Of a DNA stretch of 48,709 nt, positions 1 to 9,288 are shown one piece after another. Origin of the DNA: a virus (Duplodnaviria; Heunggongvirae; Uroviricota; Caudoviricetes); IMG/VR virus record IMGVR_UViG_3300042339_000806, one strand, 5' to 3'. A program made the position numbers and the translations under genes. The stretch's first letter is position 1. The number at the start of each line of letters is the position of its first letter. The notes under the pieces are model-generated. The model did not search any database. It saw only the letters and a program-made list of their open reading frames with translations, and was not told the origin of the DNA.

Positions 1-2
1 CT

Positions 3-143
3 AAACCAGCCGCATTAAAAGAGCACAGATCTTTTGCTTCTAAAGCAACAGGTAACGCAAACACAACTGCACCAAAAGAAATCTTATCAGAAGTATCTGA
101 GCAAGTATCAAGATGGCAGAAGTTAGCAGGAATTATTAAATAA
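3..143 (+). CDS. 3' end of probable prohead core/scaffold protein (partial, runs off left edge)
   Basis: Open frame KPAALKEHRSFASKATG...SRWQKLAGIIK* ending at TAA 141-143, directly upstream of the capsid gene; position is typical of scaffold genes. Confidence 0.6.
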   Translation, partial: KPAALKEHRSFASKATGNANTTAPKEILSEVSEQVSRWQKLAGIIK

Positions 144-169
144 AAAAATAAAAAACACAAAAAACCACA

Positions 170-1795
170 ATGGAATTAAATCAATTATTCGAAGGGGCGA
201 ACAACTATAAGACTTTACAAGCTGATGCAGCTCGTTTGTCTGGTAAATGGGCCAAATCAGGTTTGTTAGAAGGAATTTCTAACGAAATCGAAAGAAACAA
301 CATGGCTATGATTCTTGAGAATCAAGCAAAACAAATCGTATCAGAAAATACTACAGGTACAGGTGCAATGGGTACTTCTACAGGTGGTGCTGAGCAATGG
401 GCTGGAGTAGCTTTACCATTAGTACGTAAAGTATTCGCTCAAATCGCAGCTAAAGATTTCGTTTCTGTACAACCAATGAACTTACCTTCAGGACTTGTAT
501 TTTACTTAGACTTTAAATACGGTACAAACGCAGTAGGTAGAACAGACGGGGATAACCTTTACGGTAACGTTTCTACAGCTAACTCTAAAATTGGAGTAGA
601 TGTTGATCCATCAGGAGGTTTATACGGAGCAGGTCAATTTGGTTACTCAATCAACTCTGCATCTTCTGCAGGAGTTTACAGTACTACTGGATCAGCAGTA
701 TCTTCTTCTATCGCATACCAAGATGGAATAAATCCTTCAAACTATTTTACATTAGCATTCGGAACAGGAAGTATCGCAGGATTCGATCCTAAAGGTGTTA
801 GAGCATTCAGACTTTACTCTGCTTCAGTAGATGTAACTTCTAACCCAGAACTTACTTTCTTATCTTCTTCTGCAGCAGGAGAATATGTGAAATTCGTAGG
901 ATTAGCATCAGGAATCACTACAGGATCTTTCACAGCTACTGTAAAATACCAAATGCAACCAACTGACAGATCAAGAGGTGACTTCGAAGACGGAGGAACT
1001 AACCCAGCAGGAAACAACAACGGAACTATTAAAATTCCTGAAATCAACGTATCATTAGCTTCTGAAGCTATCGTTGCTAAAACAAGAAAATTAAAAGCAC
1101 AATGGACTCCAGAGTTCGCACAAGATCTTAACTCTTACCATTCAATTGATGCTGAAGCAGAATTAACTTCATTATTATCAGAGTACATCTCTATGGAGAT
1201 TGACTTAGAGTTAATGGATATGTTAATCCAAGATGCAGCTACAACTGAAAGATGGTCAGCAGTTAACAACAAAAACTGGAACCCATCAACTAATGCTTGG
1301 GAAACAGGTACATTCAATGCAGGAACTAGTTTCTACAACACTCAAGGTCAATGGTTCGGAACTTTAGGTACTAAAGTACAAAAAGTATCTAACAAAATTC
1401 ACCAAAAAACTTTAAGAGGTGGAGCTAACTTCTTAGTATGTTCTCCAACTGTAGCTACAATCTTAGAATCAATTCCAGGATATGCAGCAGATACAAACGG
1501 TGACAAAATGGACTTTGCAATGGGAGTTCAGAAAGTAGGTAACTTGAATTCTCGTTTCAGAGTTTACAAAAACCCTTACATGACTGAAAACGTAATCTTA
1601 TTAGGTTACAGAGGATCTCAATTCTTGGAAACTGGTGCAGTTTATGCTCCATATATTCCATTAATCATGACTCCATTAGTGTACAATCCAGAAACCTTTA
1701 CACCAGTAAAAGGTATCATGACTCGTTACGCTAAGAAAATGATCAGACCAGAATTCTACGGTAAAATCTTCGTTAGCGATATCGCTACTGTATAA
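170..1795 (+). CDS. Major capsid protein, T4 gp23-like (HK97 fold)
   Basis: 541 aa; motifs KWxKSGLLEG, LPLVRKVF, VSVQPMNLPSGLVFYLDF, AKTRKLKAQWTPEFAQDL, YAPYIPL, KGIMTRYA are characteristic of gp23-family capsids. Confidence 0.95.
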   Translation: MELNQLFEGANNYKTLQADAARLSGKWAKSGLLEGISNEIERNNMAMILENQAKQIVSENTTGTGAMGTSTGGAEQWAGVALPLVRKVFAQIAAKDFVSVQPMNLPSGLVFYLDFKYGTNAVGRTDGDNLYGNVSTANSKIGVDVDPSGGLYGAGQFGYSINSASSAGVYSTTGSAVSSSIAYQDGINPSNYFTLAFGTGSIAGFDPKGVRAFRLYSASVDVTSNPELTFLSSSAAGEYVKFVGLASGITTGSFTATVKYQMQPTDRSRGDFEDGGTNPAGNNNGTIKIPEINVSLASEAIVAKTRKLKAQWTPEFAQDLNSYHSIDAEAELTSLLSEYISMEIDLELMDMLIQDAATTERWSAVNNKNWNPSTNAWETGTFNAGTSFYNTQGQWFGTLGTKVQKVSNKIHQKTLRGGANFLVCSPTVATILESIPGYAADTNGDKMDFAMGVQKVGNLNSRFRVYKNPYMTENVILLGYRGSQFLETGAVYAPYIPLIMTPLVYNPETFTPVKGIMTRYAKKMIRPEFYGKIFVSDIATV

Positions 1796-1816
1796 TTTAC
1801 TACAGAATAATAAATT

Positions 1817-1845
1817 AAAGAGAGCTAAAAGCTCTCTTTTTTTTT
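1817..1845 (+). terminator. Rho-independent terminator after capsid gene
   Basis: AAAGAGAGC-taaaa-GCTCTCTTT 9-bp stem followed by a T-run. Confidence 0.85.
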
Positions 1846-1859
1846 ATAAGATAATTTCG

Positions 1860-1869
1860 TATATTTATA
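1860..1869 (+). promoter_or_regulatory. TATATTTATA: TATTTATA motif overlapping a TANNTT-type box
   Basis: TATTTATA at 1862-1869, 13 nt before ATG 1883; motif recurs before many genes. Confidence 0.55.
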
Positions 1870-1882
1870 TAAAATAGATAAT

Positions 1883-2482
1883 ATGATTGTAGGAGAATTA
1901 ACCTGGCAGCAATTTAGGTCTTTAGATTCAATAAGAAACTTAGACGAAAACAGGCAAATGCAGCATTACCATGAATACCTGGTATCACTTAACGAATGGA
2001 CTATTCATCAAAATAAAGGTCCTATACCTTCAGCAATATCTAATTGCTTAAGTTCTTTGGAGTTTATAGTACAGTATAATGATGAATTGGGAGAATGCCC
2101 GGGAGGGCACAGCTGTGATGCAGCAACTTTTTACTTAAGAGCAAATACAACAACAGTAGGTACAGTCTATTTAAGTAATACAGGTGGAGTAACAGATCAA
2201 TTTAACTACCCGCCAGGAGAAACATCTGGACCTAATCGATATAACGTACTAACACTAACACCAGAGCAAGTTCAAGAAATAGCAACAACATCAGAAGACA
2301 GTAACATATCTCTATCTCTAATATGTGCTACCCCTATTGATGTAGACTATGGATGGGGATTAGGAGGATGTCACTCTAATGTAACATGGGTTACATTAAA
2401 ACTAGACGGAACAGAGGTCTACAGCGGATGTCCAGAAAATAACTTTTTAACAATAAATCCTTGTACAGGAGTAGTAATATAG
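1883..2482 (+). CDS. Hypothetical protein (helical N-terminus, Cys-containing beta-rich C-terminus)
   Basis: 199-aa ORF with its own upstream motif; no family recognised. Confidence 0.75.
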   Translation: MIVGELTWQQFRSLDSIRNLDENRQMQHYHEYLVSLNEWTIHQNKGPIPSAISNCLSSLEFIVQYNDELGECPGGHSCDAATFYLRANTTTVGTVYLSNTGGVTDQFNYPPGETSGPNRYNVLTLTPEQVQEIATTSEDSNISLSLICATPIDVDYGWGLGGCHSNVTWVTLKLDGTEVYSGCPENNFLTINPCTGVVI

Positions 2483-2486
2483 TAAT

Positions 2487-2747
2487 ATGGGAAGACAAGC
2501 ATCATACACTTTAGAAAACCGTACAATCAATCTAGGAGACATATTTAATGTAGAAGGAACTAGAATGATGGTCAAAGAAATATTTACACTAAATAATCAA
2601 ACATATATTAGTTACGATATTGAAAAACAAGAAGGATTGTCTATTGAATTAATAGATAAATTTATAGAAGATAAGTTTAATTACTTTAACACAGTAATTC
2701 CAAATCCAATTGCAGATACAGTCTGCGGATTAGGAGAAAAGAAATAA
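2487..2747 (+). CDS. Hypothetical protein
   Basis: 86-aa ORF tightly packed after the previous gene and followed by a terminator. Confidence 0.65.
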   Translation: MGRQASYTLENRTINLGDIFNVEGTRMMVKEIFTLNNQTYISYDIEKQEGLSIELIDKFIEDKFNYFNTVIPNPIADTVCGLGEKK

Positions 2748-2756
2748 ACAACAGAG

Positions 2757-2781
2757 AGCCTAGTTTTTACTAGGCTTTTTT
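2757..2781 (+). terminator. Rho-independent terminator
   Basis: AGCCTAGT-tttt-ACTAGGCT perfect 8-bp stem plus TTTTT. Confidence 0.85.
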
Positions 2782-2783
2782 CG

Positions 2784-2793
2784 TATATTTATT
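2784..2793 (+). promoter_or_regulatory. TATATTTATT candidate promoter box for phoH
   Basis: cgTATATTTA context as at 1860; TAG lies 20 nt upstream (1 mismatch to TTG). Confidence 0.45.
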
Positions 2794-2816
2794 GTAAACA
2801 AATACAGTTTATATTT

Positions 2817-3503
2817 ATGGCTTCTAACCATCACACCGATGAGGTTTTTACTCCAAAGAGAAAACCAAAAAACCCAATTAAGTTTCAACTCCAACTTAAT
2901 GACGAACAAAAATTAGCAAAAGCACTTATCGTAGAAAATCCAGTAGTCGTTCTAAAAGGAATGGCAGGTTCAGGAAAGACTTTAGTAGCAGTACAAGCAG
3001 CTCTAGATATGTTATTCTGTAAAGAGGTAGAGAAGATTGTTATCACAAGACCTACAGTGGCTAAGGAAGAATTAGGCTTTTTACCAGGCGATCTTAAAGA
3101 AAAGATGGATCCGTGGTTAGCACCAATATACCACAACCTTTATATGCTATACGGAAAAGATAAAGTAGATAAAGAATTGGAATACGGAAATATTGAAATT
3201 GTACCATTTGCATTTATGAGAGGTAGAACATTTGTTAACTCTTTTGTAATTGTAGATGAGGCACAAAACGTTACTCAAGATCAAATGGAAACAGTATTGG
3301 GGAGACTTGGTAAAAATTCTAAAATGGTAATCTGCGGGGATTTAGCTCAAATAGATTTAAAAGTAAAGAAAGAAACAGGATTTTCTTTTCTTACAAGAAT
3401 TGAAGAGCAAGTAAAAGGTTTTAGAGTATTTGCTTTAAAAGCTAATCACAGACATGAGATTGTAGCACCTATACTAAAGGTATATCAAGATTTTAGGGAT
3501 TAA
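2817..3503 (+). CDS. phoH: PhoH-family ATPase
   Basis: Walker A GMAGSGKT, ITRPTV, LGFLPGDLKEKMDPWLAPIY, FMRGRTF, IVDEAQN, GDLAQID, HRHEIV. Confidence 0.95.
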   Translation: MASNHHTDEVFTPKRKPKNPIKFQLQLNDEQKLAKALIVENPVVVLKGMAGSGKTLVAVQAALDMLFCKEVEKIVITRPTVAKEELGFLPGDLKEKMDPWLAPIYHNLYMLYGKDKVDKELEYGNIEIVPFAFMRGRTFVNSFVIVDEAQNVTQDQMETVLGRLGKNSKMVICGDLAQIDLKVKKETGFSFLTRIEEQVKGFRVFALKANHRHEIVAPILKVYQDFRD

Positions 3504-3513
3504 AGTAAGTCGC

Positions 3514-3521
3514 TATTTATA
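3514..3521 (+). promoter_or_regulatory. TATTTATA motif
   Basis: Exact copy, 16 nt before ATG 3538. Confidence 0.55.
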
Positions 3522-3537
3522 AATAAACTATTTGGTA

Positions 3538-3957
3538 ATGGCAAAATTTACATACTTTATACGAGAAAGACTTAAATTAAACGGAGTTGAAAGAGGTACA
3601 AACTTTGAAACATCTATAACAGGTGTTAACTATGCAGATAGCAGAGTAATGTCAGTACCTTCAGGATCAATGACTGAGATTATTAACTTAGCAGCACTTC
3701 CAGGAGCAGGTACTTTTGTATCAAGCAGTGTAAGGTATGCTAGAATTTCAAATCTTTCAACAGGATCTGTTAATTTACAACTATCTGGTTCAACACATCA
3801 ATTCAACTTCCTACTTCGAGGAAGCGGTAGCTTTATATTTAATTCAGAATACGTAAGCGGTCAGTTTAATAACTTTACATATGGAGATTTAAGATCAGTA
3901 AAAGCTTCTCCAGTTGACTCAGAAGCTACTATTGGATACTTAGTAGTAACTACTTAA
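3538..3957 (+). CDS. Hypothetical, probably virion structural protein
   Basis: Track opens at TTG 3532; ATG 3538 (MAKFTY...) preferred. Beta-rich and SGS-rich; lies before the neck genes. Confidence 0.7.
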   Translation: MAKFTYFIRERLKLNGVERGTNFETSITGVNYADSRVMSVPSGSMTEIINLAALPGAGTFVSSSVRYARISNLSTGSVNLQLSGSTHQFNFLLRGSGSFIFNSEYVSGQFNNFTYGDLRSVKASPVDSEATIGYLVVTT

Positions 3958-3969
3958 ACTTTTTAAAAC

Positions 3970-5172
3970 ATGGCAAATATTCAAATCTGGGATGGTAGTA
4001 CAAACTTCATAGCAGGGGAATCAACTCCCTTTGGCTTTTATGATGATGACTTATCTTTCCAAGAAGATGCACCTAAGGTAGCACGTTATTGTGCTGAGAA
4101 ATTAGGATGGCCGGTACTAGATATAGAATTACACGAAAGACAACTTTACGCAGCTTTTGAAGAAGCAGTTACTGCTTACGGAAAAGAAGTAATAGAAGCT
4201 ATAACTGCAGAGACATTATCTTCCCAATTAGGAGGAAGTGCTGGAGGTTCAGCTGTAAATCAAACTATATTTAGACCTAGTTTACAGAATGTAATTCTAA
4301 CAAGTGCACAATACGGAACAGAAGCAGGAGTAGGAGGACCAGTTACCCTAAGAACAGCAATGATTGATCTTGTAGCAAACCAACAAGACTATAACCTTAC
4401 AACTCTAATAGGACAAGGAGCAATTGAAATACGAAAAGTATTTTACGAAGCACCTCCTGCTATTATGAGATACTTTGACCCATATGCAGGAACAGGAACA
4501 GGTATTCAGTCTCTTATGGATGCATTTGATTTTGGATCATTCTCACCAGGGGTAAACTTCTTATTGATGCCAGCATCTTATGATGTATTAAAAACACAAG
4601 CAATTGAGTTTAACGATCAAATAAGAAAATCAACTTACTCTTTTGAGATTCATAATAATATATTAACTTTATTTCCAGTACCAGCAAAAGCCGGTAAATT
4701 AAAAGTACAGTATTATATACTCAGTGAAAAAACAGGTCAATACATAAGTGATACTATTTCATTTGCAGCTTCTGCAAATTCTTCTGGAGCAATAACAGGA
4801 ACAGGAGGAAGTAGTTCAACAACAGGTGTAACAACCAATATGTCAAATGCTAATGCACAAAATTTAGTATACTCTGAAATAAACGCAATAGGACGTCAGT
4901 GGATATTCAAGTATGCAGCAGCTACCTGTAAAGAGATATTAGCATACGTTAGAGGTAAGTACGAAACAGTACCAGTACCAGGATCAGAAGTTAGGTTAAA
5001 TGCAGCAGATTTATTAGCAGATGCAAGAACAGAGAAAGCTACTTTGGTAGAATCTTTAAAAGCAACAATGCAAACAGCATCTCTAACAAACCAGCTTTCC
5101 TTACAAGCAACACAAACACAATATATCAATGATGCTTTATCTAAAGTACCAATGTTAATATACGTAGGATAA
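3970..5172 (+). CDS. Neck/head-tail adaptor protein (T4 gp13-like)
   Basis: 400 aa; LGWPVLDIEL...QLYAAFEEAV, QQDYNL, WIFKYAAATCKEILAYVRGKY, VRLNAADLL; position after the capsid gene. Confidence 0.75.
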   Translation: MANIQIWDGSTNFIAGESTPFGFYDDDLSFQEDAPKVARYCAEKLGWPVLDIELHERQLYAAFEEAVTAYGKEVIEAITAETLSSQLGGSAGGSAVNQTIFRPSLQNVILTSAQYGTEAGVGGPVTLRTAMIDLVANQQDYNLTTLIGQGAIEIRKVFYEAPPAIMRYFDPYAGTGTGIQSLMDAFDFGSFSPGVNFLLMPASYDVLKTQAIEFNDQIRKSTYSFEIHNNILTLFPVPAKAGKLKVQYYILSEKTGQYISDTISFAASANSSGAITGTGGSSSTTGVTTNMSNANAQNLVYSEINAIGRQWIFKYAAATCKEILAYVRGKYETVPVPGSEVRLNAADLLADARTEKATLVESLKATMQTASLTNQLSLQATQTQYINDALSKVPMLIYVG

Positions 5173-5471
5173 TGAGAAAACTAATAAACGAAGTAACTTT
5201 TGGAATATACCAAGGCCTTATCAGGGTTGGTCACAAAGATGAAATTACAGCTTCAGAGGTTGCAGATTTCGTTAGAGCTATGCCAGGTGTTACAAGAGTT
5301 ACAGCTATTGATTCAGATGAAGATAGAAATATAGTTGTACTAAAAGTAAAAATATTAACTGCCAAACCAGGTCCAGTTGTATTTGAAAAGTTAAAAAAAG
5401 ATACATTTAAGTTAGTACCTAATATTAAAAAGGTAGACTTGTCTTTAAAATCAATTGAAAAAATAGAATAA
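5172..5471 (+). CDS. Hypothetical protein
   Basis: 99 aa, translationally coupled on both sides (TAATG overlaps). Confidence 0.75.
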   Translation: MRKLINEVTFGIYQGLIRVGHKDEITASEVADFVRAMPGVTRVTAIDSDEDRNIVVLKVKILTAKPGPVVFEKLKKDTFKLVPNIKKVDLSLKSIEKIE

Positions 5472-6019
5472 TGATATTCGGAAGCCAAAGAGATTTTAAT
5501 CTACTTATAAAGATAAACAGAGAGTTATTATCAGATGTAATAGAACAAGAAATTCTCTATTACAAAATGTCTTTGGAAGAAACTCAAGCAAACATATACG
5601 GAGAAGCTCAGGAAAAAGTTTATTGGTCACCAGTAAAAGTTAATTGTCTTATTGATAGAGGAGAGCCAGGAATGTCTGTAGATGATTTTGGACCTGATAG
5701 AGGAAGATCTACAAGTTTTAAATTTTTAAGAGAAGATTTAAAAGATGTAAATACTGTACCTGAAGTAGGGGATATTATACAGTGGCAAGAAGATTACTAC
5801 GAAGTAGATAACACTGTAGAGAACCAGCTATTTGTAGGTAGAGACGAGAATTATAACCTAACTGACTACGGACCAGACTATGCAGGAACACTTTCTATTA
5901 TATGTGTATGCCATTTAACAAGAGCAGATAAAGTTGGAATAGTTTCAAGATATGAAGCAACACCAATAGACTCTAATTCAATTACAACGGCAACTACACA
6001 AGCAAATACAATATTATAA
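5471..6019 (+). CDS. Head closure/neck protein (T4 gp14-like)
   Basis: NIYGEA, PEVGDIIQWQEDYYEV motifs and synteny between gp13-like and gp15-like genes. Confidence 0.7.
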   Translation: MIFGSQRDFNLLIKINRELLSDVIEQEILYYKMSLEETQANIYGEAQEKVYWSPVKVNCLIDRGEPGMSVDDFGPDRGRSTSFKFLREDLKDVNTVPEVGDIIQWQEDYYEVDNTVENQLFVGRDENYNLTDYGPDYAGTLSIICVCHLTRADKVGIVSRYEATPIDSNSITTATTQANTIL

Positions 6020-7245
6020 TGGCATTAACAAGAAAACCTGTACCGAAATCACAAGTCGAATTGTCTCAAGAGACTATTCAACCTTACTTAAGTCAAGGTA
6101 AATCTCTTGTACCTGCTAATAAAAAAAGAGAGAATCAAAGAACTGTAAAAGGAGATGATGTAAAGCAGTTTCAAGTAGGATTAAAAGATGTAGATGAATC
6201 TATATTCTACTACTTCAACAATATAATTAGACCATCAGTAATTCAGAACAGCATAAAAGTAAACGTTCCGGTTATTTATGGATCACCAGAAAGATGGGCA
6301 GCAATGCAAAAAGATGGATTTTACAGAGATAAAAACGGTAAGATTCAAACACCTCTTATAATGGTTAAAAGAGATTCTATTGAAAAGAATAGATCACTTG
6401 GAAATAAAATGGATGCAAATAATCCTGTACATTTTGGAGTATTTCAAAAAAAATATTCACAAAAAAATGTATACGATAGATTTTCTACTTTAAATAATAG
6501 AGAACCTGTTAAAGAATATTACGGAGTTATTATGCCGGACTATGTAAACCTGGTTTACTCATGTGTTATTTTTACAGAATACGTAGAGCAAATGAATAAG
6601 ATAGTAGAGTCAGTGAACTTTGCATCAGATTCATACTGGGGAGATCCAGAAAGATTTAAGTTTAGAGCAGCAATTGATAACTATTCAACAACAACTGAAT
6701 TAGTTGAAGGAGGAGACAGAACAGTAAAGACTTCTTTTCAAATTAAAATAGCAGGGTATATTGTATCGGATGCAATTAATACAAATGTAGGTAATCCAAA
6801 TAAGTTTTTCTCCAAAGCTGCAGTAAGTTTTGGAATAGAAACAGCAACTAGTAGCACCTCCCTACAGAGACAAGCTACAACCTCAACTAAAGCAGGTTCA
6901 ACAAGGTTTTATGATCAACTCCCAGTAACTATAGTACAGGATAATAGTATGACAACAGCACAGATAGAATTTATCTCACTTAACAACACTGAAGTAGTAA
7001 CCGGTACAAGTATTGTAAGTGGGGATACAGCAGTATTTTCAGGTAAAGCATTTGCAATACCTCCACCTGGCTTCACAATAACTCAGGAATCTTTTGCTAT
7101 TTATATAAACAGTACCTATATTCCAAATAGTCAGAGAACAGTTTCTCAAGAAAGTGGGGATATAGTGGTAGTATTCGATACCGCTAGCATCAAGTATACT
7201 CTTTCAGGAGCAGACGAAATAGTGATAGTAGGAAAATTTAATTAG
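6019..7245 (+). CDS. Tail terminator/sheath stabiliser (T4 gp15-like) with C-terminal extension
   Basis: VPVIYGSPERW, TPLIMVKR, PDYVNLVYSCVIFT, EQMNKIVE motifs; synteny. Confidence 0.7.
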   Translation: MALTRKPVPKSQVELSQETIQPYLSQGKSLVPANKKRENQRTVKGDDVKQFQVGLKDVDESIFYYFNNIIRPSVIQNSIKVNVPVIYGSPERWAAMQKDGFYRDKNGKIQTPLIMVKRDSIEKNRSLGNKMDANNPVHFGVFQKKYSQKNVYDRFSTLNNREPVKEYYGVIMPDYVNLVYSCVIFTEYVEQMNKIVESVNFASDSYWGDPERFKFRAAIDNYSTTTELVEGGDRTVKTSFQIKIAGYIVSDAINTNVGNPNKFFSKAAVSFGIETATSSTSLQRQATTSTKAGSTRFYDQLPVTIVQDNSMTTAQIEFISLNNTEVVTGTSIVSGDTAVFSGKAFAIPPPGFTITQESFAIYINSTYIPNSQRTVSQESGDIVVVFDTASIKYTLSGADEIVIVGKFN

Positions 7246-7250
7246 AAGAA

Positions 7251-7616
7251 ATGGCATTAATACGATGGAAACAGTTAACAGGTGACTTAAACGGAGCACC
7301 TGTATTTACCGGATCACTCCAGATATCTGGATCTATTGTACTGAACGGAATTGATTTATCTATCAATCAAAGTATTTTTAGACAAACAGGGTCCTATTGG
7401 AATACAACAAGAAATATAGGAATAACAGGATCTTTTCAACTTAATCTTAGTGAAGTAGGTCAGTATTTTGCAATATCAGTTGGAGGAAATGAAAAGATAA
7501 AAGTGAATACAGAAGGAACTTTGCAATTAGCACCACAGAGCGTAACACCGACAGCAGTAACAGGGGGTATCTTTTATAGTTCAAGTGATGCTTTCTTCTT
7601 AGGGTTCAATAATTAG
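7251..7616 (+). CDS. Small virion structural/fibre-associated protein
   Basis: 121 aa, TGS/SGS-rich beta-strand pattern; N-terminal RWKQL resembles the WKK starts of downstream fibre genes. Confidence 0.65.
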   Translation: MALIRWKQLTGDLNGAPVFTGSLQISGSIVLNGIDLSINQSIFRQTGSYWNTTRNIGITGSFQLNLSEVGQYFAISVGGNEKIKVNTEGTLQLAPQSVTPTAVTGGIFYSSSDAFFLGFNN

Positions 7617-7619
7617 AGA

Positions 7620-7627
7620 TATTTATT
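7620..7627 (+). promoter_or_regulatory. TATTTATT variant of TATTTATA motif
   Basis: Intergenic; TATTTAT core (7620-7626) ends 22 nt before ATG 7649. Confidence 0.45.
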
Positions 7628-7648
7628 AATAAAATAAAACAATAAAAC

Positions 7649-8719
7649 ATGGCAAATTGGAAAAAAGTCATTGTCAGCGGCTCGTCAGCGCACTTACTAA
7701 GTGTAACAGCTTCTAACTTAACAGATGACAACTTAGTAATAGCAGGTGCAGGAGGAGCATTAGAAAGCAGCGGACTTACCTACAATGGAACTTTATTAAA
7801 CCTAGGAACTGCTCAAGTACAAGCAGCAGGATTCTCAGGATCATTCTCTGGATCTTTTCAAGGGAATGGAGCAAACCTAACAGGAATTGTAGCAACAGGT
7901 ACATCTTTACAAAACGCTATAGCAAGCGGAGAAGGTATTGCACCATTTAGCTATACAAATATAGCACCAGTTTCAGTAGCAGTATCTGGAGCAATAGATT
8001 TAACAGATAACGCTATTACAAAATGGGATAACGATGCAGGTAAGTTTCAAACTTCTTCTTTACTTGATAATGGTATTGAAATTACAGGTGTTACTTCAAT
8101 TCAGTTAACAGGAGGTGCTTCAAATCTTTCTGGATCTTTTTCAGGATCTTTCCAAGGAAACGGAGCAGGGTTAACAGGATTAGTTTCTACCTTAAACGTA
8201 TCTGGCTCAGCAGGTAATGGAGCAGTTGACCTAAAAACTCAAACGTTTACTATTGCAGGTACCTCTCTAGAGGTTGAGACATCAATGTCAGGTCAAACTC
8301 TTACAATTGGTTTACCAAGTGATGTTACAATTGGAAATAATTTAACAGTAACAGGAGATTTATTTGTAAATGGTACAACTACTCAGGTAAACACAACTGA
8401 CTTGTATGTAGAAGATAAATTCATTATCTTAGCATCAGGATCAGCTTCAGCAGGAGATGCAGGTATTATTATTGATAGAGGATCAGATGCAGCAGGAAAT
8501 ATTGCTTTTGGATACGATGTAGATACAGATAGATGGGGATTCCAAAACGGATTAACAGATACACAAAATGCTATTACAATCGGTACAAACGGTAATAGTG
8601 CATTTGTAGGATATGTATTCACAGAAGCAGCTCACGTATCAGCACCAACAACAGGAGAATTTGTAGCAGCAGGAGCAATATACACAGCAACATCAGGAGA
8701 TATTTTTATATATTCATAA
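7649..8719 (+). CDS. Fibre-like virion structural protein
   Basis: 356 aa; repeated SGSFSGSFQGNGAxLTG; segment GDLFVNGTTTQVNTTDLYVEDKFIIL...DAGIIIDRG is typical of phage fibre proteins. Confidence 0.7.
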   Translation: MANWKKVIVSGSSAHLLSVTASNLTDDNLVIAGAGGALESSGLTYNGTLLNLGTAQVQAAGFSGSFSGSFQGNGANLTGIVATGTSLQNAIASGEGIAPFSYTNIAPVSVAVSGAIDLTDNAITKWDNDAGKFQTSSLLDNGIEITGVTSIQLTGGASNLSGSFSGSFQGNGAGLTGLVSTLNVSGSAGNGAVDLKTQTFTIAGTSLEVETSMSGQTLTIGLPSDVTIGNNLTVTGDLFVNGTTTQVNTTDLYVEDKFIILASGSASAGDAGIIIDRGSDAAGNIAFGYDVDTDRWGFQNGLTDTQNAITIGTNGNSAFVGYVFTEAAHVSAPTTGEFVAAGAIYTATSGDIFIYS

Positions 8720-8744
8720 TAGTTATTAAATAAAAAAAGTTATA

Positions 8745-8927
8745 ATGGGATTAATAGACAAGATTAGGCCTCAACTAAAACAAGAAGAGACTGAAAGTTT
8801 TACAGCAGAAGAGTTAAAGTTTTTACTCTTAAAATTGAGATCGGCAACCTACACAGGACATGAATTTGAGACGTTTTACAATATATGGGTTAAGGTAACA
8901 AAAGAATTAGAAAGATTAGAAAAATAA
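8745..8927 (+). CDS. Small helical protein (putative fibre chaperone)
   Basis: 60 aa; aligns without gaps to the next ORF (EE..L...L......G...........K...E). Confidence 0.65.
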   Translation: MGLIDKIRPQLKQEETESFTAEELKFLLLKLRSATYTGHEFETFYNIWVKVTKELERLEK

Positions 8928-8929
8928 AC

Positions 8930-8951
8930 AAGAGCCTTAGGGCTCTTTTTT
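8930..8951 (+). terminator. Rho-independent terminator
   Basis: AAGAGCC-ttag-GGCTCTT plus T-run. Confidence 0.8.
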
Positions 8952-8956
8952 GTTAG

Positions 8957-8987
8957 TTGATTCTTTAAAAAAAATCTCATAACTTAA
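8957..8987 (+). promoter_or_regulatory. TTG-N20-TAACTTAA promoter (Bacteroidota -33/-7-like)
   Basis: TTG 8957-8959, exactly 20 nt, then TAACTTAA 8980-8987; same spacing at four other sites. Confidence 0.6.
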
Positions 8988-8999
8988 AAAGAAAAACAT

Positions 9000-9224
9000 A
9001 TGAACTTATTTAGCATAGATAACTTATCCTTAGAAGAAATAAACCTCCTAAGACAATCACTTAACGTAATCGAAATAAAAGGGGCTTCGGCTATCTTTGT
9101 AGCTACTCTTCAAGTAAAACTAGATCAAGAGATTTCTCAAATCCGTACTATGATTGAGGAAGAAGAGAAAAAAAAGCAAGCAGGTATTCTAAAGATAGAA
9201 AAAGCTGCTAAAGCAGAACTATAA
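9000..9224 (+). CDS. Small coiled-coil protein (putative fibre chaperone)
   Basis: 74 aa, heptad-like; paralogous pattern with 8745..8927. Confidence 0.7.
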   Translation: MNLFSIDNLSLEEINLLRQSLNVIEIKGASAIFVATLQVKLDQEISQIRTMIEEEEKKKQAGILKIEKAAKAEL

Positions 9225-9226
9225 GA

Positions 9227-9234
9227 TATTTATA
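9227..9234 (+). promoter_or_regulatory. TATTTATA motif
   Basis: Exact copy, 68 nt before ATG 9303, ahead of a structured leader. Confidence 0.55.
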
Positions 9235-9246
9235 TTATATATTATA

Positions 9247-9288
9247 GACCTGAAGAAGGAAGTGGGCCGGCAATCCGGTAACCAATCG
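9247..9288 (+). promoter_or_regulatory. Candidate structured 5' leader RNA
   Basis: 24/42 nt G+C in an AT-rich spacer; hairpins CCU-gaaga-AGG and GCCGG-caau-CCGGU closed by UGG/CCA. Confidence 0.4.

Noticed and set aside
3532-3537. TTG start given by the ORF track
   Set aside because: In-frame ATG two codons later fits the usual M-A start of neighbouring structural genes.
9250-9256. CUGAAGA resembles the hammerhead ribozyme core CUGANGA
   Set aside because: No GAAA strand or stem III/NUH arrangement at suitable spacing; kept only as a generic structured leader.
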